DNA of 64,000 bases, from the NCBI GenBank assembly GCA_022826865.1, contig JAJDUC010000047.1, positions 41,324 to 105,323 on the forward strand, written 5' to 3'. The notes under the pieces were generated by a model that had not been told where the DNA came from, did no database searches, and saw nothing but the letters and a program-made list of their open reading frames with translations. Every line of letters begins with the position of its first letter. Position 1 is the first letter of the stretch. Below are positions 52,768-62,472 of the stretch, piece after piece. Position numbers and translations under genes: made by a program. The DNA comes from Anaerolineae bacterium (GTDB lineage: Bacteria; Chloroflexota; Anaerolineae; Aggregatilineales; Phototrophicaceae).

Positions 52768-55530
52768 ATGAAATTCAGCGCTGAATCCACACTTGCCGAC
52801 CTGCTGGCTTCCCCCAAGGGCCGCGGGGTTCTGGTGAAGCATCTGCCCGAGCTGCTGGAAGGGGCGGATCGGCTGCGCAGCCGGAATCCGGCGCGCAGCG
52901 ACCTGAGATCGCTGTTGCCGGCGACCTCATTGCCGGCGCTGCTGCGCGATTTGAACAGCCCGGCGGAAGCGGTCTGGCCGGAAGATGAGGAAGCGCTGTC
53001 GATGAACGCCTTGGATCGCATGGCCTTCGCGCCGCGGTTCACGCCCTGGGACGCCGAGGCGCAGGAGGTGGCGCTGAGCGCGGAAAGCGTCAGCCATCCG
53101 GACGGCGTGGAGCGGCTCTCACTCGATGGCATGTGGCAGCTCGCGGAAGGCGGCCGTCTTTCCGAGCGGCTGGAGGGCGCCTGGCCTGACGCCATTCCGG
53201 CGCAAGTCCCCGGCAGCGTGCACAGCGCGCTGGTCGCGGCCGGACGCATTCCCGACCCCAATTTCGGCCGCAACCAGACCATCGCGCGGCAAGAGAGTTT
53301 CAAGACCTGGTGGCTGCGCTGTGAATTCGCGCGACCGCAGGATATGTCGGGCGAGACGCTGGTTTTCGAGGGCGTCGCCAACCGTTGCGCGGTTTGGCTG
53401 AACGGCCAGATGCTGGGCAGCCACGAAGGCATGTTCGGCGGCCCGGACTTTGCGATCGACGGTCGCCTGCGCGAGCGGAATACGCTTGTCCTGCGGCTGG
53501 ATCCTGTTCCCTTCGACCCGGACAAGGGCCGCCCTTTTAATCCCGACAGCAACGACAGTTGGAAACGCACGGTCGTTTTCAATAATGTCTACGGCTGGCA
53601 TTATTCCAATTTGCAGTCCCTGGGCATCTGGCGCTCGGTGTCGGTTCAGGGCCGGCCGGCGGTGGCGCTGGTCGATCCATTCATCAGAACGGTAGACGCG
53701 GCGGCGGGCCTGGCGGAACTCGCGCTGCGTTTTGCAGGGCCGGCCGGCGGCTGGGGCGGCGCGCTCCAGGCGACGATCGCGCCGGAGAACTTTACCGGCC
53801 AGGCTTATTCATTTTCAAAACGCATCGACGCCGATGCGGCCGATCACGCTATTAATCTGCGCTTTCAAATCCCGGATGCGCGGGTTTGGTGGCCGGTGGA
53901 TATGGGCGAGCAGCCCCTTTATCAGATCACGCTGTCCTTCACAGCGGACGGCGGCGGCGCTGCGGACCGCCAGCAATTCAATTTCGGCTTGCGCACGATT
54001 GAGATGGCGCCCCTGCCCGGCGGGCCGCGGCCCGATCGCTACAACTGGACCTTTGTCGTCAACGGCAAAGCCATGTTCATCAAAGGCACAAATTGGTGCA
54101 CGCTGGACGCGCTTCTGGATTTCCCCCGCGAGCGTTATGAGCGTTTCATCAAACTGGCGGCGATGCAGCATGTGCAGATGTTCCGGCCCTGGGGCAGCGG
54201 TATGCCGGAAACTGATGACTTCTACGATCTTTGCGACCGTTATGGCATTCTGGTGATGCAAGAATGGCCGACCGCCTGGAACAGCCATGTGACGCAGCCC
54301 TACGACCTGCTGGAAGAGACGGTGCGGCGCAATACGCTGCGCATACGCAATCATGCCTCGCTGGCAATCTATGGCGCCGGCAACGAATCCAACCAGCCCT
54401 TCGGCGACGCCATCGATATGATGGGCCGGCTGAGCATTGAGCTGGATGATACGCGCGCCTTTCACCGGGCGGAGCCCTGGGGCGGCAGCAGTCATGACTA
54501 CGGCACCTATTGGGGGCGCCAGAACCTCGACCACAGCTTGAATATGACTTCGATATTTTTTGGCGAGTTCGGGCTGGCATGCAGCCCGGTTTATGAATCC
54601 GTCCTGCGATATTTGCCGGATGAAGAAAAGGATTTGTGGCCGCCGCTGGAAGGCGGCGCCTTTGCCTATCACACGCCGATTTTCGACACTTATGAAGATG
54701 TCTCCCGACTTAGGCAGAATGCCGGTTATTTCGTTCCGCGAGATTGTACGCTGGAGCAATACACGGTTGGCTCGCAACTGTCGCAGGCGGTTGGCATCCG
54801 GCATACGCTGGAGTTGGCGCGCTGCCGCTGGCCCGCTAGCACGGGCGCGCTCTATTACAAGATGACCGACAATTATCCGGCCGCGTCCTGGGCTTGCGTC
54901 GATTGGTACGGCGCGCCGAAGATCGGCCATTATTTCTTCCAGGATGCCTTCGCGCCTTTGCATGCCTGCCTCCTTTTCCACAGCGTGAACAATGTCGGTT
55001 TGCCTCTATCGCTGCCGGTATTTCTGCTGGATGACGCCGATGCGCTGCGGGATTCCGACTGGGAGGTGGTCCTGCGCGCCTTTGCCGGCGATCTGTCGCT
55101 TATCAAGCGCGCCGCCTATGCGGGAAGGGGCAGCGTCGACAGCCCGCAGGCCCTGGGCGAGTTCACTCTCAGCTTTGAGCAGACCGACACCGTGCCGCTT
55201 CTGCTTGTGTCGGAGGTCTGGAAAGATGGCGCGCGCGCCGATCGCAGCTTCTATTTCGTGAATTATGAGCCGATCAAAGGCAGCCTCTTCACACTGCCCA
55301 AGACATCGCTGAAAGCCGAGATCCAAGCGGGCGCCGTCCTGGTCAGCAACACGGGCGATTTGCCGGCGGCGGCCGTCGATGTTTCGCGCCCGGGCCAGCT
55401 CCACACCTTCACGGTCTCGGACAATTATTTCTGGCTGGACGCTGGCGAGACGGTATCGGTTGAAGTGAGCGATGTCGAGGGCTTGGTCGTCAGCGCCTGG
55501 AACGCGGGGCAGTCGCCCATGCTAAGCTAA
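52768..55530 (+). CDS. Glycoside hydrolase family 2, copy 2 (paralogue of 45091-47640) with an about 110-aa N-terminal extension
   Basis: 920 aa. It shares long identical runs with copy 1 (YNWTFVVNGKA, WGSGMPETD, MQEWPTAWNSH, FGEFGLA) and has GAGNESNQP. Confidence 0.8.
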   Translation: MKFSAESTLADLLASPKGRGVLVKHLPELLEGADRLRSRNPARSDLRSLLPATSLPALLRDLNSPAEAVWPEDEEALSMNALDRMAFAPRFTPWDAEAQEVALSAESVSHPDGVERLSLDGMWQLAEGGRLSERLEGAWPDAIPAQVPGSVHSALVAAGRIPDPNFGRNQTIARQESFKTWWLRCEFARPQDMSGETLVFEGVANRCAVWLNGQMLGSHEGMFGGPDFAIDGRLRERNTLVLRLDPVPFDPDKGRPFNPDSNDSWKRTVVFNNVYGWHYSNLQSLGIWRSVSVQGRPAVALVDPFIRTVDAAAGLAELALRFAGPAGGWGGALQATIAPENFTGQAYSFSKRIDADAADHAINLRFQIPDARVWWPVDMGEQPLYQITLSFTADGGGAADRQQFNFGLRTIEMAPLPGGPRPDRYNWTFVVNGKAMFIKGTNWCTLDALLDFPRERYERFIKLAAMQHVQMFRPWGSGMPETDDFYDLCDRYGILVMQEWPTAWNSHVTQPYDLLEETVRRNTLRIRNHASLAIYGAGNESNQPFGDAIDMMGRLSIELDDTRAFHRAEPWGGSSHDYGTYWGRQNLDHSLNMTSIFFGEFGLACSPVYESVLRYLPDEEKDLWPPLEGGAFAYHTPIFDTYEDVSRLRQNAGYFVPRDCTLEQYTVGSQLSQAVGIRHTLELARCRWPASTGALYYKMTDNYPAASWACVDWYGAPKIGHYFFQDAFAPLHACLLFHSVNNVGLPLSLPVFLLDDADALRDSDWEVVLRAFAGDLSLIKRAAYAGRGSVDSPQALGEFTLSFEQTDTVPLLLVSEVWKDGARADRSFYFVNYEPIKGSLFTLPKTSLKAEIQAGAVLVSNTGDLPAAAVDVSRPGQLHTFTVSDNYFWLDAGETVSVEVSDVEGLVVSAWNAGQSPMLS

Positions 55531-55573
55531 TCCGGTTGACTTCCCTCGTCGCGCGTGGCGGCCGGAGTGGCTC

Positions 55574-56053
55574 TTAACTTTCGCCAGCGTTTAAGAGGTT
55601 TCTTAACTCGCCTTCAGTGATATTTTCGTTTGTGGCGGCCAGTATCAGCAACTCGGCAATGAGATCGATTCTGTCTTCAAGTCTCTGTATGCTGCTCGTG
55701 TTTGCGGCAATGGCATCACGATTGCTGATTATAGCATCGCGGTTACTGCTTACGAGTTCGCGCAACTCCGCAAACTGTGGATTGACGAGACCGACAAGCG
55801 CAAGATACACCAAGACGAGCGGTATACCAACAGCCGCAAGCAATTGCAGCCAGCGGACGACGCCACTATCATTGGCCTTTTTCTCTCTCAACAGAGCCTC
55901 TCCATCGCCTCGACTTCCGGGAGCGAGTTTGGCGCCTCCAAGGTTCTCACGAAGCCCGTGTTGTTGAACCGAGTCGTCGAAAGCCGGTGAAGCGCCGAAG
56001 GATTTCGCACTCGATCCTTCTTGCTTCTGCTGTCCTTTTTCAAAGGCTGTCAC
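55574..56053 (-). CDS. Hypothetical membrane-anchored coiled-coil protein
   Basis: 159 aa in an AT-rich island. It has one TM segment (LQLLAAVGIPLVLVYLALVGL), followed by the heptad-like repeat SNRDAIISNRDAIAANTSSIQRLEDRI. Confidence 0.4.
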   Translation of the reverse strand: MTAFEKGQQKQEGSSAKSFGASPAFDDSVQQHGLRENLGGAKLAPGSRGDGEALLREKKANDSGVVRWLQLLAAVGIPLVLVYLALVGLVNPQFAELRELVSSNRDAIISNRDAIAANTSSIQRLEDRIDLIAELLILAATNENITEGELRNLLNAGES

Positions 56054-56320
56054 TTGATCTTACCATCAATATCTCAACTTAGCGAAAAGATCGCAGTTAA
56101 GGCTTTCCCAATCTAGTTGCGTTACAAACTTTGATATAACCTGGTAACACATGAATGAGTGCCTACGGTAACATACTTTGTTCTCATCTTGTATCCTCGC
56201 ATTGCTTTTGCGGTATTCGAGTATATTATCAATCTAATCCTTAACAGTATCCTAACTGAGCGGCTGCCTTAGGATACCGCTTCTACGCAGTCCAGAAAAT
56301 CTCAATGGGAGTTTGGAACG

Positions 56321-57613
56321 TCAGGCGTCGGCGGCATTCTTGATTTTGAGCACGACGGGGTTGGGCCAGCGGCGATTATTGTAGAGGCGCTGCGCGCGGC
56401 AATAGCGGATGCGCAAGGTATCCCCGTCTTGCCGCCAGGTCGCGCGCGGGTCAACCTCCGGCTGATACTCCAGCACCTCGCCCGATTGGCCCAGCACTTC
56501 AATTTCGCTTGCTTCGGTCGCGCGCACGCTCTTCAGGGAAAGACTGCGCCACTCGCCCATCTCCAGCGGCGGCAGCGTATCGAAGACATATACCGTATGT
56601 TGTTCGGCGTTCCAGGTGAAATAAGCGCGGTCTTCATGGCTGACATGCCAGGGGCGCAGGCCGCGGGTGGCTTCGCCATTGACGAAATTCCAGGCGCCGA
56701 TCTCGCGCACGCGGTCATCCATGTTGCGCGGCAGCCGGCCATCGGCATCGGGCCCGCCAATGGCGAGGAGCAGCGTGCCGCCGCGCGCGCGGATGTCGAT
56801 TAGCAGTTCGATAAGCTCGCGCCCGGTCTTCAGGGCGTCATTTCCGGCTTTGTATTGCCACTGCGTGCCGATGGTGTAATGCGCCTCAAAGGGACCCCGC
56901 AGCTCGTCGCGGCGTTCTTGTTCCGGCGTGATGATGCCGCCGCGTGTGATCATGATGTCCCGCCGCAGGCGCCAGGCGTATTCCACCAGGGAACGCGTGG
57001 CGTCTCGGTAGCCGTCAAAGCAGAGGATGTCCGGCTGATAGCCTTCGATTAATTCTCGGATCTGCGCCTTGTCGTATTCCAGTAATTCCGCGTTGCGCTC
57101 GGGATTGGCGTAATCCTGGGCGCGGGCCGGGGTTCGGCCGCGCTGCCATTGGAACCAGGCATCGTCCGGCGAAAAGTACATGCCCACCGGCAGGCCGTTC
57201 GCGCGCAGCGCATCCACATACTCGCGCAGGATATCTTTCCCGTAGGCCGTATTCATCACATTGAACGGGGTGGTGGCGGTATCCCACATGCAGAAACCGT
57301 TATGATTCTTGGCCGCAACGGTCACATAATCGAAGCCGCAGAGTTTGGCCAGGCGCGCGTACCAGCCGGCGTCGAATTGGCGCGGGTTGAAGAAGGCCGG
57401 CAGTTGGCGGAAATAGCGCTCCAGATAATCGGGCGAAGCGCCGACTACCGAATGCGCGTTGACCAAGCCCAAGACGGCGTCGACAGTCCAATACAGATAC
57501 ATGCCCAGCGCCATATCCTGATACCAGTCGAGGCGCTCTGGCATGTTACGCATATTGCTGTACACGCCCTGCGAGGCGCGGTCTTGTTCTCCGCTTGCCG
57601 ACGGCGCCATCAA
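56321..57613 (-). CDS. Alpha-L-fucosidase (GH29)
   Basis: 430 aa. The N-terminal (beta/alpha)8 region has ..FDYVTVAAKNHNGFCMWDT.. and ..GMYFSPDDAW.. blocks typical of GH29. It has a 4-nt ATGA overlap with the upstream gene. Confidence 0.8.
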   Translation of the reverse strand: MMAPSASGEQDRASQGVYSNMRNMPERLDWYQDMALGMYLYWTVDAVLGLVNAHSVVGASPDYLERYFRQLPAFFNPRQFDAGWYARLAKLCGFDYVTVAAKNHNGFCMWDTATTPFNVMNTAYGKDILREYVDALRANGLPVGMYFSPDDAWFQWQRGRTPARAQDYANPERNAELLEYDKAQIRELIEGYQPDILCFDGYRDATRSLVEYAWRLRRDIMITRGGIITPEQERRDELRGPFEAHYTIGTQWQYKAGNDALKTGRELIELLIDIRARGGTLLLAIGGPDADGRLPRNMDDRVREIGAWNFVNGEATRGLRPWHVSHEDRAYFTWNAEQHTVYVFDTLPPLEMGEWRSLSLKSVRATEASEIEVLGQSGEVLEYQPEVDPRATWRQDGDTLRIRYCRAQRLYNNRRWPNPVVLKIKNAADA

Positions 57614-58563
57614 TCCGCCCTTTCGCCGCTGGTCTTGCAGCGCCAGTAGATGCGTTGGGCGTTCAAGCCCAATACCGCCGCTCTGTCTTCAGCGGAGGAG
57701 AATTCACAATGCAGCCTGACATAATTCAATAGCTGGCGGTAGGTGCCGCTGGTCAGCAGGCCGGGAACATCGCTGCCCCACATGATCTTCTTCGCGCCGA
57801 TCAGCCTCAGGGCGCGCTGGATATAGCCTTGCGCCGCCCGGTAGGGATATTCGTCGTAAGCCCGGGCATAGGCGGGCAGCGCCGATAGATCAAAGGCGAT
57901 GTTGGGCTTAAGGCCCAGGCGTATCTGTTCTTCCCATTTCTTGTTGAGCTCGGCATTGTTGGGATCGCGGAGCGGCGGCTGCGCCAGGTGGGCGATGACA
58001 AATTGAAGATCGGGATAGCGATCGGCGCAGGCGGCCAGGGCCGCGGTCTGATAGGCTTTGCCTCCGACCGGCCCGAGGTCCATTGTGACGACAAGCCCCT
58101 GCCGCGCCGCCGCCTCGAAGATCCAGTTGAATTGAGGGGCGTCGATGCGCAGATCGGGGTAGCGGCCGGTCAGGCCGGTCGCCTCGGTCAGCTCGAATTT
58201 GACGATGCGGAAGCCATCGCCCTCGACGCATTGCTTAAAGCGCTCTTGCGCGGCGGATACAAATGGATCGGGAGCGAAGGCGCCGATGAAGCGATCGGGC
58301 CAACGCTGGAGGGCGGCGGCGACAGTTGCATTTGCATCCCCATAAAAGGGACCTTGCAAAAGCGCGGCGCGATCAACACCGGCCCAATCCATTTGCGCCA
58401 GCAGCGTTTCGGCCGGGAATGCTGTCGCTTGGCTGAATGGCGGCAGCAGTTGAATGATGTCTGCGCCCCAGCGCACTTTTCCCCAGGCGAGCGAGCGGGT
58501 GGGGCCGCGTCCGGTCATCCCCTTGACCGCTGTCATGATATGGGCATGAGCGTCGATGATCAT
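57610..58563 (-). CDS. Amidohydrolase-2 family metal hydrolase (possible sugar lactonase)
   Basis: 317 aa from MIIDAHAHIM (HxH metal motif). The track ORF is extended 86 codons upstream into the preceding gene's tail. Confidence 0.7.
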   Translation of the reverse strand: MIIDAHAHIMTAVKGMTGRGPTRSLAWGKVRWGADIIQLLPPFSQATAFPAETLLAQMDWAGVDRAALLQGPFYGDANATVAAALQRWPDRFIGAFAPDPFVSAAQERFKQCVEGDGFRIVKFELTEATGLTGRYPDLRIDAPQFNWIFEAAARQGLVVTMDLGPVGGKAYQTAALAACADRYPDLQFVIAHLAQPPLRDPNNAELNKKWEEQIRLGLKPNIAFDLSALPAYARAYDEYPYRAAQGYIQRALRLIGAKKIMWGSDVPGLLTSGTYRQLLNYVRLHCEFSSAEDRAAVLGLNAQRIYWRCKTSGERAD

Positions 58564-58589
58564 TTGCCGGGCTTTCCCGCAGGCGGGGC

Positions 58590-59507
58590 TCAGGCGGACA
58601 AGCCGGTGATGCGCCGGGCTTCTTCGGGCGAGGCGATTTCGCGGCCGACCTCGCGGGCGATGCGCGCCGCCCGCTCCACAAGTTCGGCGTTGCTCTTGGC
58701 GTAGACGCCCGGCTCGATATAGGGGCAATCTTCCATGCCCACACGCACGTGGCCGCCGATGGCGATGCCATGCGCGATGACCGACCAGTAAACTTCGGGC
58801 GCCATACAGCTCATGCTCCAATTCACATTTTGCGGCAGGTGATCAACCATGAATTGTATGCCCTTGGCGGAAGGGGGCGTCCAGCTTTGACCGGGCCAGC
58901 CGAAGAAGAGCGTCGCCCAAAGCGGATCGGGCAGCAGGCCAAGTTCGTCTTCGCGTTTGTCGCCGACCCAGAATTCGCCGGCGCGCACTTTCTCTATCGC
59001 CCAGAAGGCGCCGGTGCTGAAACATTCGATTTCCAGCTTGACATCGTTCTCATTCGCTAGCCGGGCGTATTCCCGCAGTTCGGAGATGGGATGGATGGAA
59101 TAGCAGTACCCGGCGGGCGGGTGTTCGGGCACGGGCTGGAAGTATTCGTCGTGGGAATCAAAATTTATGGAGCTCATATCCGGTTTGAGTTGCTGCCAGA
59201 GCTCGATCTTCTGTTCCAGGCGGATGCTCGCCAAGCCAAATTGCAGTATCGCGCCGCCAGTGCCGCGGATACGCTCGCTGATCTCGGCCCAGCCCTCCAT
59301 GATGGGAATTTGCAGCAGCCGGCCGTCGGGCTGGATTTCGGTATCGCTGACGTAGGACCCGTGCGTATGACAGATCGAGGCGCCGGCGTCGATGGCGCGC
59401 GCGTATTCATCGGCGACGCCCGTTGGATTATCCGGTTTCGGTCCGTGCGGATTATGCGGATAAGACAAGGTGGTATCGCATGTGACCGTGATAACCAGCT
59501 TTTCCAT
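58590..59507 (-). CDS. BKACE/DUF849-family beta-keto acid cleavage enzyme-like protein
   Basis: 305 aa. The N-terminus MEKLVITVTCDTT.. and the H-x-H-type ..SICHTHGS.. resemble the 3-keto-5-aminohexanoate cleavage enzyme family. This is recognition from memory. Confidence 0.6.
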   Translation of the reverse strand: MEKLVITVTCDTTLSYPHNPHGPKPDNPTGVADEYARAIDAGASICHTHGSYVSDTEIQPDGRLLQIPIMEGWAEISERIRGTGGAILQFGLASIRLEQKIELWQQLKPDMSSINFDSHDEYFQPVPEHPPAGYCYSIHPISELREYARLANENDVKLEIECFSTGAFWAIEKVRAGEFWVGDKREDELGLLPDPLWATLFFGWPGQSWTPPSAKGIQFMVDHLPQNVNWSMSCMAPEVYWSVIAHGIAIGGHVRVGMEDCPYIEPGVYAKSNAELVERAARIAREVGREIASPEEARRITGLSA

Positions 59508-59560
59508 TATATGATCTCCCCGTTCACTATTGCGCCGGACAGGATTGGGCCGGGCGCCGC

Positions 59561-60580
59561 TCAGTCGAAGGTCAGGACGATGCGCCCGGCGACGCCCGCG
59601 CGCAGCAGCGCCAGCGCCTCGTTGACTTGATCCAGGCGATAGCGCCGGCGCACGATTGAGCGCAAGCGGCCGGCCGCATACAGATCAAGGCAGCGCGCCA
59701 GATCGTTACGCCGCCCGGCGCGCGTCCCGATCACTTCTTTTTCATTCTGCGCCAGCTCTTTTCCCGAAAGCGGAAACAAGTCCGGCGTGTATCCCACAAC
59801 GACCATACGCCCGCCCGGTCGCAGCGCGGCGAATCCGGCGGCCATGGTGCTCTCCAGACCGACCACATCAATGGCGCAATCGACGCCGATGCCGCCGCTG
59901 AGACTTCGCAGCTGATTCAGGAGTTCATCTGCCGCGGTGGACAAGAATGTGGCCGCGCCCTGCTGTCGCGCCCAGGCTTCTTTTGCCGCGTCAATATCGA
60001 CCGCGATCACCGTGACGCCGGCGGCCTTCAGCAGTTGCGTCACGATCGAGCCGACGCCGCCGATGCCGATCACCAGCGCCATGTCGCCGATGCGCGCCGC
60101 GGCGCGATCGACGGCGCGCAGAGCGGTCATGCCAGCGTCGCAGCAGGTCGCGCCATCGGCGAAACTCACGGCGTCGGGCATGCGAATCAATTGCTGGGCG
60201 GGCAGGCTCAGGTATTCGGCATAGCCACCGGGCCGCTCGAGGATGCCGACGATGCCGCGCATGTTGAGGCAAAGCTGATCGCGGAAGCTGCGGCAATAGA
60301 CGCAGGTATTGCAGGTGATGAAATTGTAGACGGCGACGCGGTCGCCGGGCGCAAAATCGGTCACGTCCGCGCCGACCGCGGCCACTTCGCCCGCGACCTC
60401 ATGCCCCATGATGAAGGGCAGGGAGGGCGCATAACCGAAGCCGTCCAGGAGTTTGAGGTCGGTGCCGTCAATGCCGCAAGCGCGCACGCGGACCAGGGCC
60501 TCATCCGCGGCCGGCCCCGGCTTTGGAAGCTCCTCGAGCGCCAGCGGCTCGCCCAGTTGGCGCAGGCAGGCCGCTTTCAT
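59561..60580 (-). CDS. Zinc-dependent medium-chain alcohol/polyol dehydrogenase (MDR)
   Basis: 339 aa. Motifs: ACGIDGTDL, GHEVAGEV, the structural-zinc Cys cluster (CNTCVYCRS..LC) and the Rossmann motif VIGIGGVGS. Confidence 0.85.
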   Translation of the reverse strand: MKAACLRQLGEPLALEELPKPGPAADEALVRVRACGIDGTDLKLLDGFGYAPSLPFIMGHEVAGEVAAVGADVTDFAPGDRVAVYNFITCNTCVYCRSFRDQLCLNMRGIVGILERPGGYAEYLSLPAQQLIRMPDAVSFADGATCCDAGMTALRAVDRAAARIGDMALVIGIGGVGSIVTQLLKAAGVTVIAVDIDAAKEAWARQQGAATFLSTAADELLNQLRSLSGGIGVDCAIDVVGLESTMAAGFAALRPGGRMVVVGYTPDLFPLSGKELAQNEKEVIGTRAGRRNDLARCLDLYAAGRLRSIVRRRYRLDQVNEALALLRAGVAGRIVLTFD

Positions 60581-61407
60581 CCGCCGCCCCCGCGCCCCAG
60601 ACCGATTTCGAGGAGGGCCGCGCGATAGACTGGCAGGCCCCAGATGTAACCTTGTTCCGGCACCGGATAACCGTACATATCGAGGGTGGAAGTGCCGGCG
60701 AATTTGATATCGACCAGCGCCTGATTCATCGCATTTAAGTCAAGAACGCCTTTGCCGGGCGGATAATGCAATTCGCTGGTCCGGCCGTCGGTGTCGGAAT
60801 AATGCAGGTGCTCAATGCGCGCGCCCAAATCGTAGATCGCCTCGACATAGCCGTCGGGCTGGCCGACGCCATAGTGACAGAAGTCAAACAGAATGCCGAA
60901 ATGCGCGCGATCGAGTTGATCGCAAAGCCGCTTCATGAATTTATTGTCCATGCCCAGGGTGAAGGGATGCGGCTCGGCGGTGAAGCGCGCGCCTTTGGGC
61001 CGGGCATAATCAATTGCCTCGCGGAAGAGGCTGACGAGTATTGCCAGCAGATCGGCATCGGGCATGTCGCTCTGCGTCGGGCGAACGCCTTCCCAGACCA
61101 TCACATCGGCGACGCCTAATTCTAGGGCATAATCGACATCTTCTTTCAAGCCGGCCAAGCTGCGGTCGTAATCCGCCTGGCCGCCGAAAGGCTGGAAATA
61201 ATCGGCGCCGACGGCGTTCAAGCCCCAAAGCTCCAAGCCCAGCTCGGCGGCAAAATCAGTAAATTGCCGCAGCAGCGCCGGCGTTCGGCAGCCCGCCAAG
61301 TGGGGCGGCCACATCTCCACCGCGTTGCAGCCGGCCGCCGCCAAGCGCTGGCAGGCTTCTTCAACGCTGTAATCCTGAAAAGTGATGGAATTGCCGCAGA
61401 GACGCAT
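60577..61407 (-). CDS. Xylose-isomerase-like TIM-barrel sugar(-phosphate) isomerase/epimerase
   Basis: 276 aa. It has AP_endonuc_2-like composition (..VEMWPPHL.., ..FCHYGV.., ..HLHYSDTDG..). It has a 4-nt overlap with the ADH gene. Confidence 0.65.
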   Translation of the reverse strand: MRLCGNSITFQDYSVEEACQRLAAAGCNAVEMWPPHLAGCRTPALLRQFTDFAAELGLELWGLNAVGADYFQPFGGQADYDRSLAGLKEDVDYALELGVADVMVWEGVRPTQSDMPDADLLAILVSLFREAIDYARPKGARFTAEPHPFTLGMDNKFMKRLCDQLDRAHFGILFDFCHYGVGQPDGYVEAIYDLGARIEHLHYSDTDGRTSELHYPPGKGVLDLNAMNQALVDIKFAGTSTLDMYGYPVPEQGYIWGLPVYRAALLEIGLGRGGGG

Positions 61408-61410
61408 GGC

Positions 61411-62472
61411 TTACCCTCCCGGCATATCCAGGCCGATTTCCGCAGCCAGTTCAGCAAAAGCGTCCCAGAGGCTATCTGGCAGCGCGATGCCCTCTCGTGC
61501 CCGGCGTTGGGCGCTGCGGTATTCCGGCTCGCCCGGGAAAAGCACCTCGGCGACGCCTTCGCGCGGCTTGGATGATTTCACGTGGGCGATGAGTTCCCGC
61601 GTGCGCCGCTTGAAATTCTCCACATCTTCAAAGGCGGCGATATTCAGCGCCTGGAATAATACGCCGTTGCCGTGTGTGGCTGCGTCTTCGCTGACGTAAC
61701 CGGCGCCGCTCAAACCGCCGGCCAGCATTTCAATCATCACACCCAGGGCATAACCTTTGTGCCCGACTGGCCCGCCCAGGGGCAGCAGGCCACCCATCGG
61801 CGGACCGTAAAAGTCCTTGGGATCCCGCGTTGGCGCGCCGCTCGCGTCGAGGATCACATCTTCCGGCAGTTGGGCGCCGCGATAGAAGTGATCGCGAATT
61901 TTGCCTTCCGGCATCACCGAAGCGGTGATATCCACCAACACGGGCCAATCCAGCCCACTGGGCGCGGCGAAGGCCAGGGGCGTCGGCGTGAAGCGCCCTT
62001 CAATGCCGCCCCAGGGCAGCACGCTGCCGTTGCCTTCGGTTTGCGAATTGACATAGGCGAGGCCGATCATGTCCCGTTCGGCCGCCATCACGACGTATTC
62101 GCCCAAGCGCCCGACGTGCGGGCAATTCACCAGCGCGACCATGCTGATGCCTTGGCCGTCGGCGATGTCAACCGCCCGCTCCATCGCTTCTTTCGCGGCG
62201 ACCTGCCCCCAGCCCCGTTGCGCATCCAGGAGCGCGGTCGCGCCCGTTTCGCGCAGCGTGACGATATCGGCGCCTGGATTGAAGAGCCCTTCGCGGGCGA
62301 ACTGCGCATATTGCAGCAGGCGCATGAAGCCGTGGGAATCATGGCCGGCCAGGTTGGCGCGCAGCAGCGTTTCAACCACCCAGCGCGCGCGCTCAGGCGG
62401 CGTTCCCAAGCTGGTCAGGATCGCCGCGCCAAAGCCCCGCAACTGGTCCACTTTCAGGGTTGGCATCGTCAT
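61411..62472 (-). CDS. Ldh_2-family (malate/L-lactate/sulfolactate dehydrogenase type 2) oxidoreductase
   Basis: 353 aa from MTMPTLKVD, with an ATGA overlap with the aldolase stop. It has the family motif LAGHDSHGFMRLLQY. The track ORF is extended 60 codons. Confidence 0.8.
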   Translation of the reverse strand: MTMPTLKVDQLRGFGAAILTSLGTPPERARWVVETLLRANLAGHDSHGFMRLLQYAQFAREGLFNPGADIVTLRETGATALLDAQRGWGQVAAKEAMERAVDIADGQGISMVALVNCPHVGRLGEYVVMAAERDMIGLAYVNSQTEGNGSVLPWGGIEGRFTPTPLAFAAPSGLDWPVLVDITASVMPEGKIRDHFYRGAQLPEDVILDASGAPTRDPKDFYGPPMGGLLPLGGPVGHKGYALGVMIEMLAGGLSGAGYVSEDAATHGNGVLFQALNIAAFEDVENFKRRTRELIAHVKSSKPREGVAEVLFPGEPEYRSAQRRAREGIALPDSLWDAFAELAAEIGLDMPGG

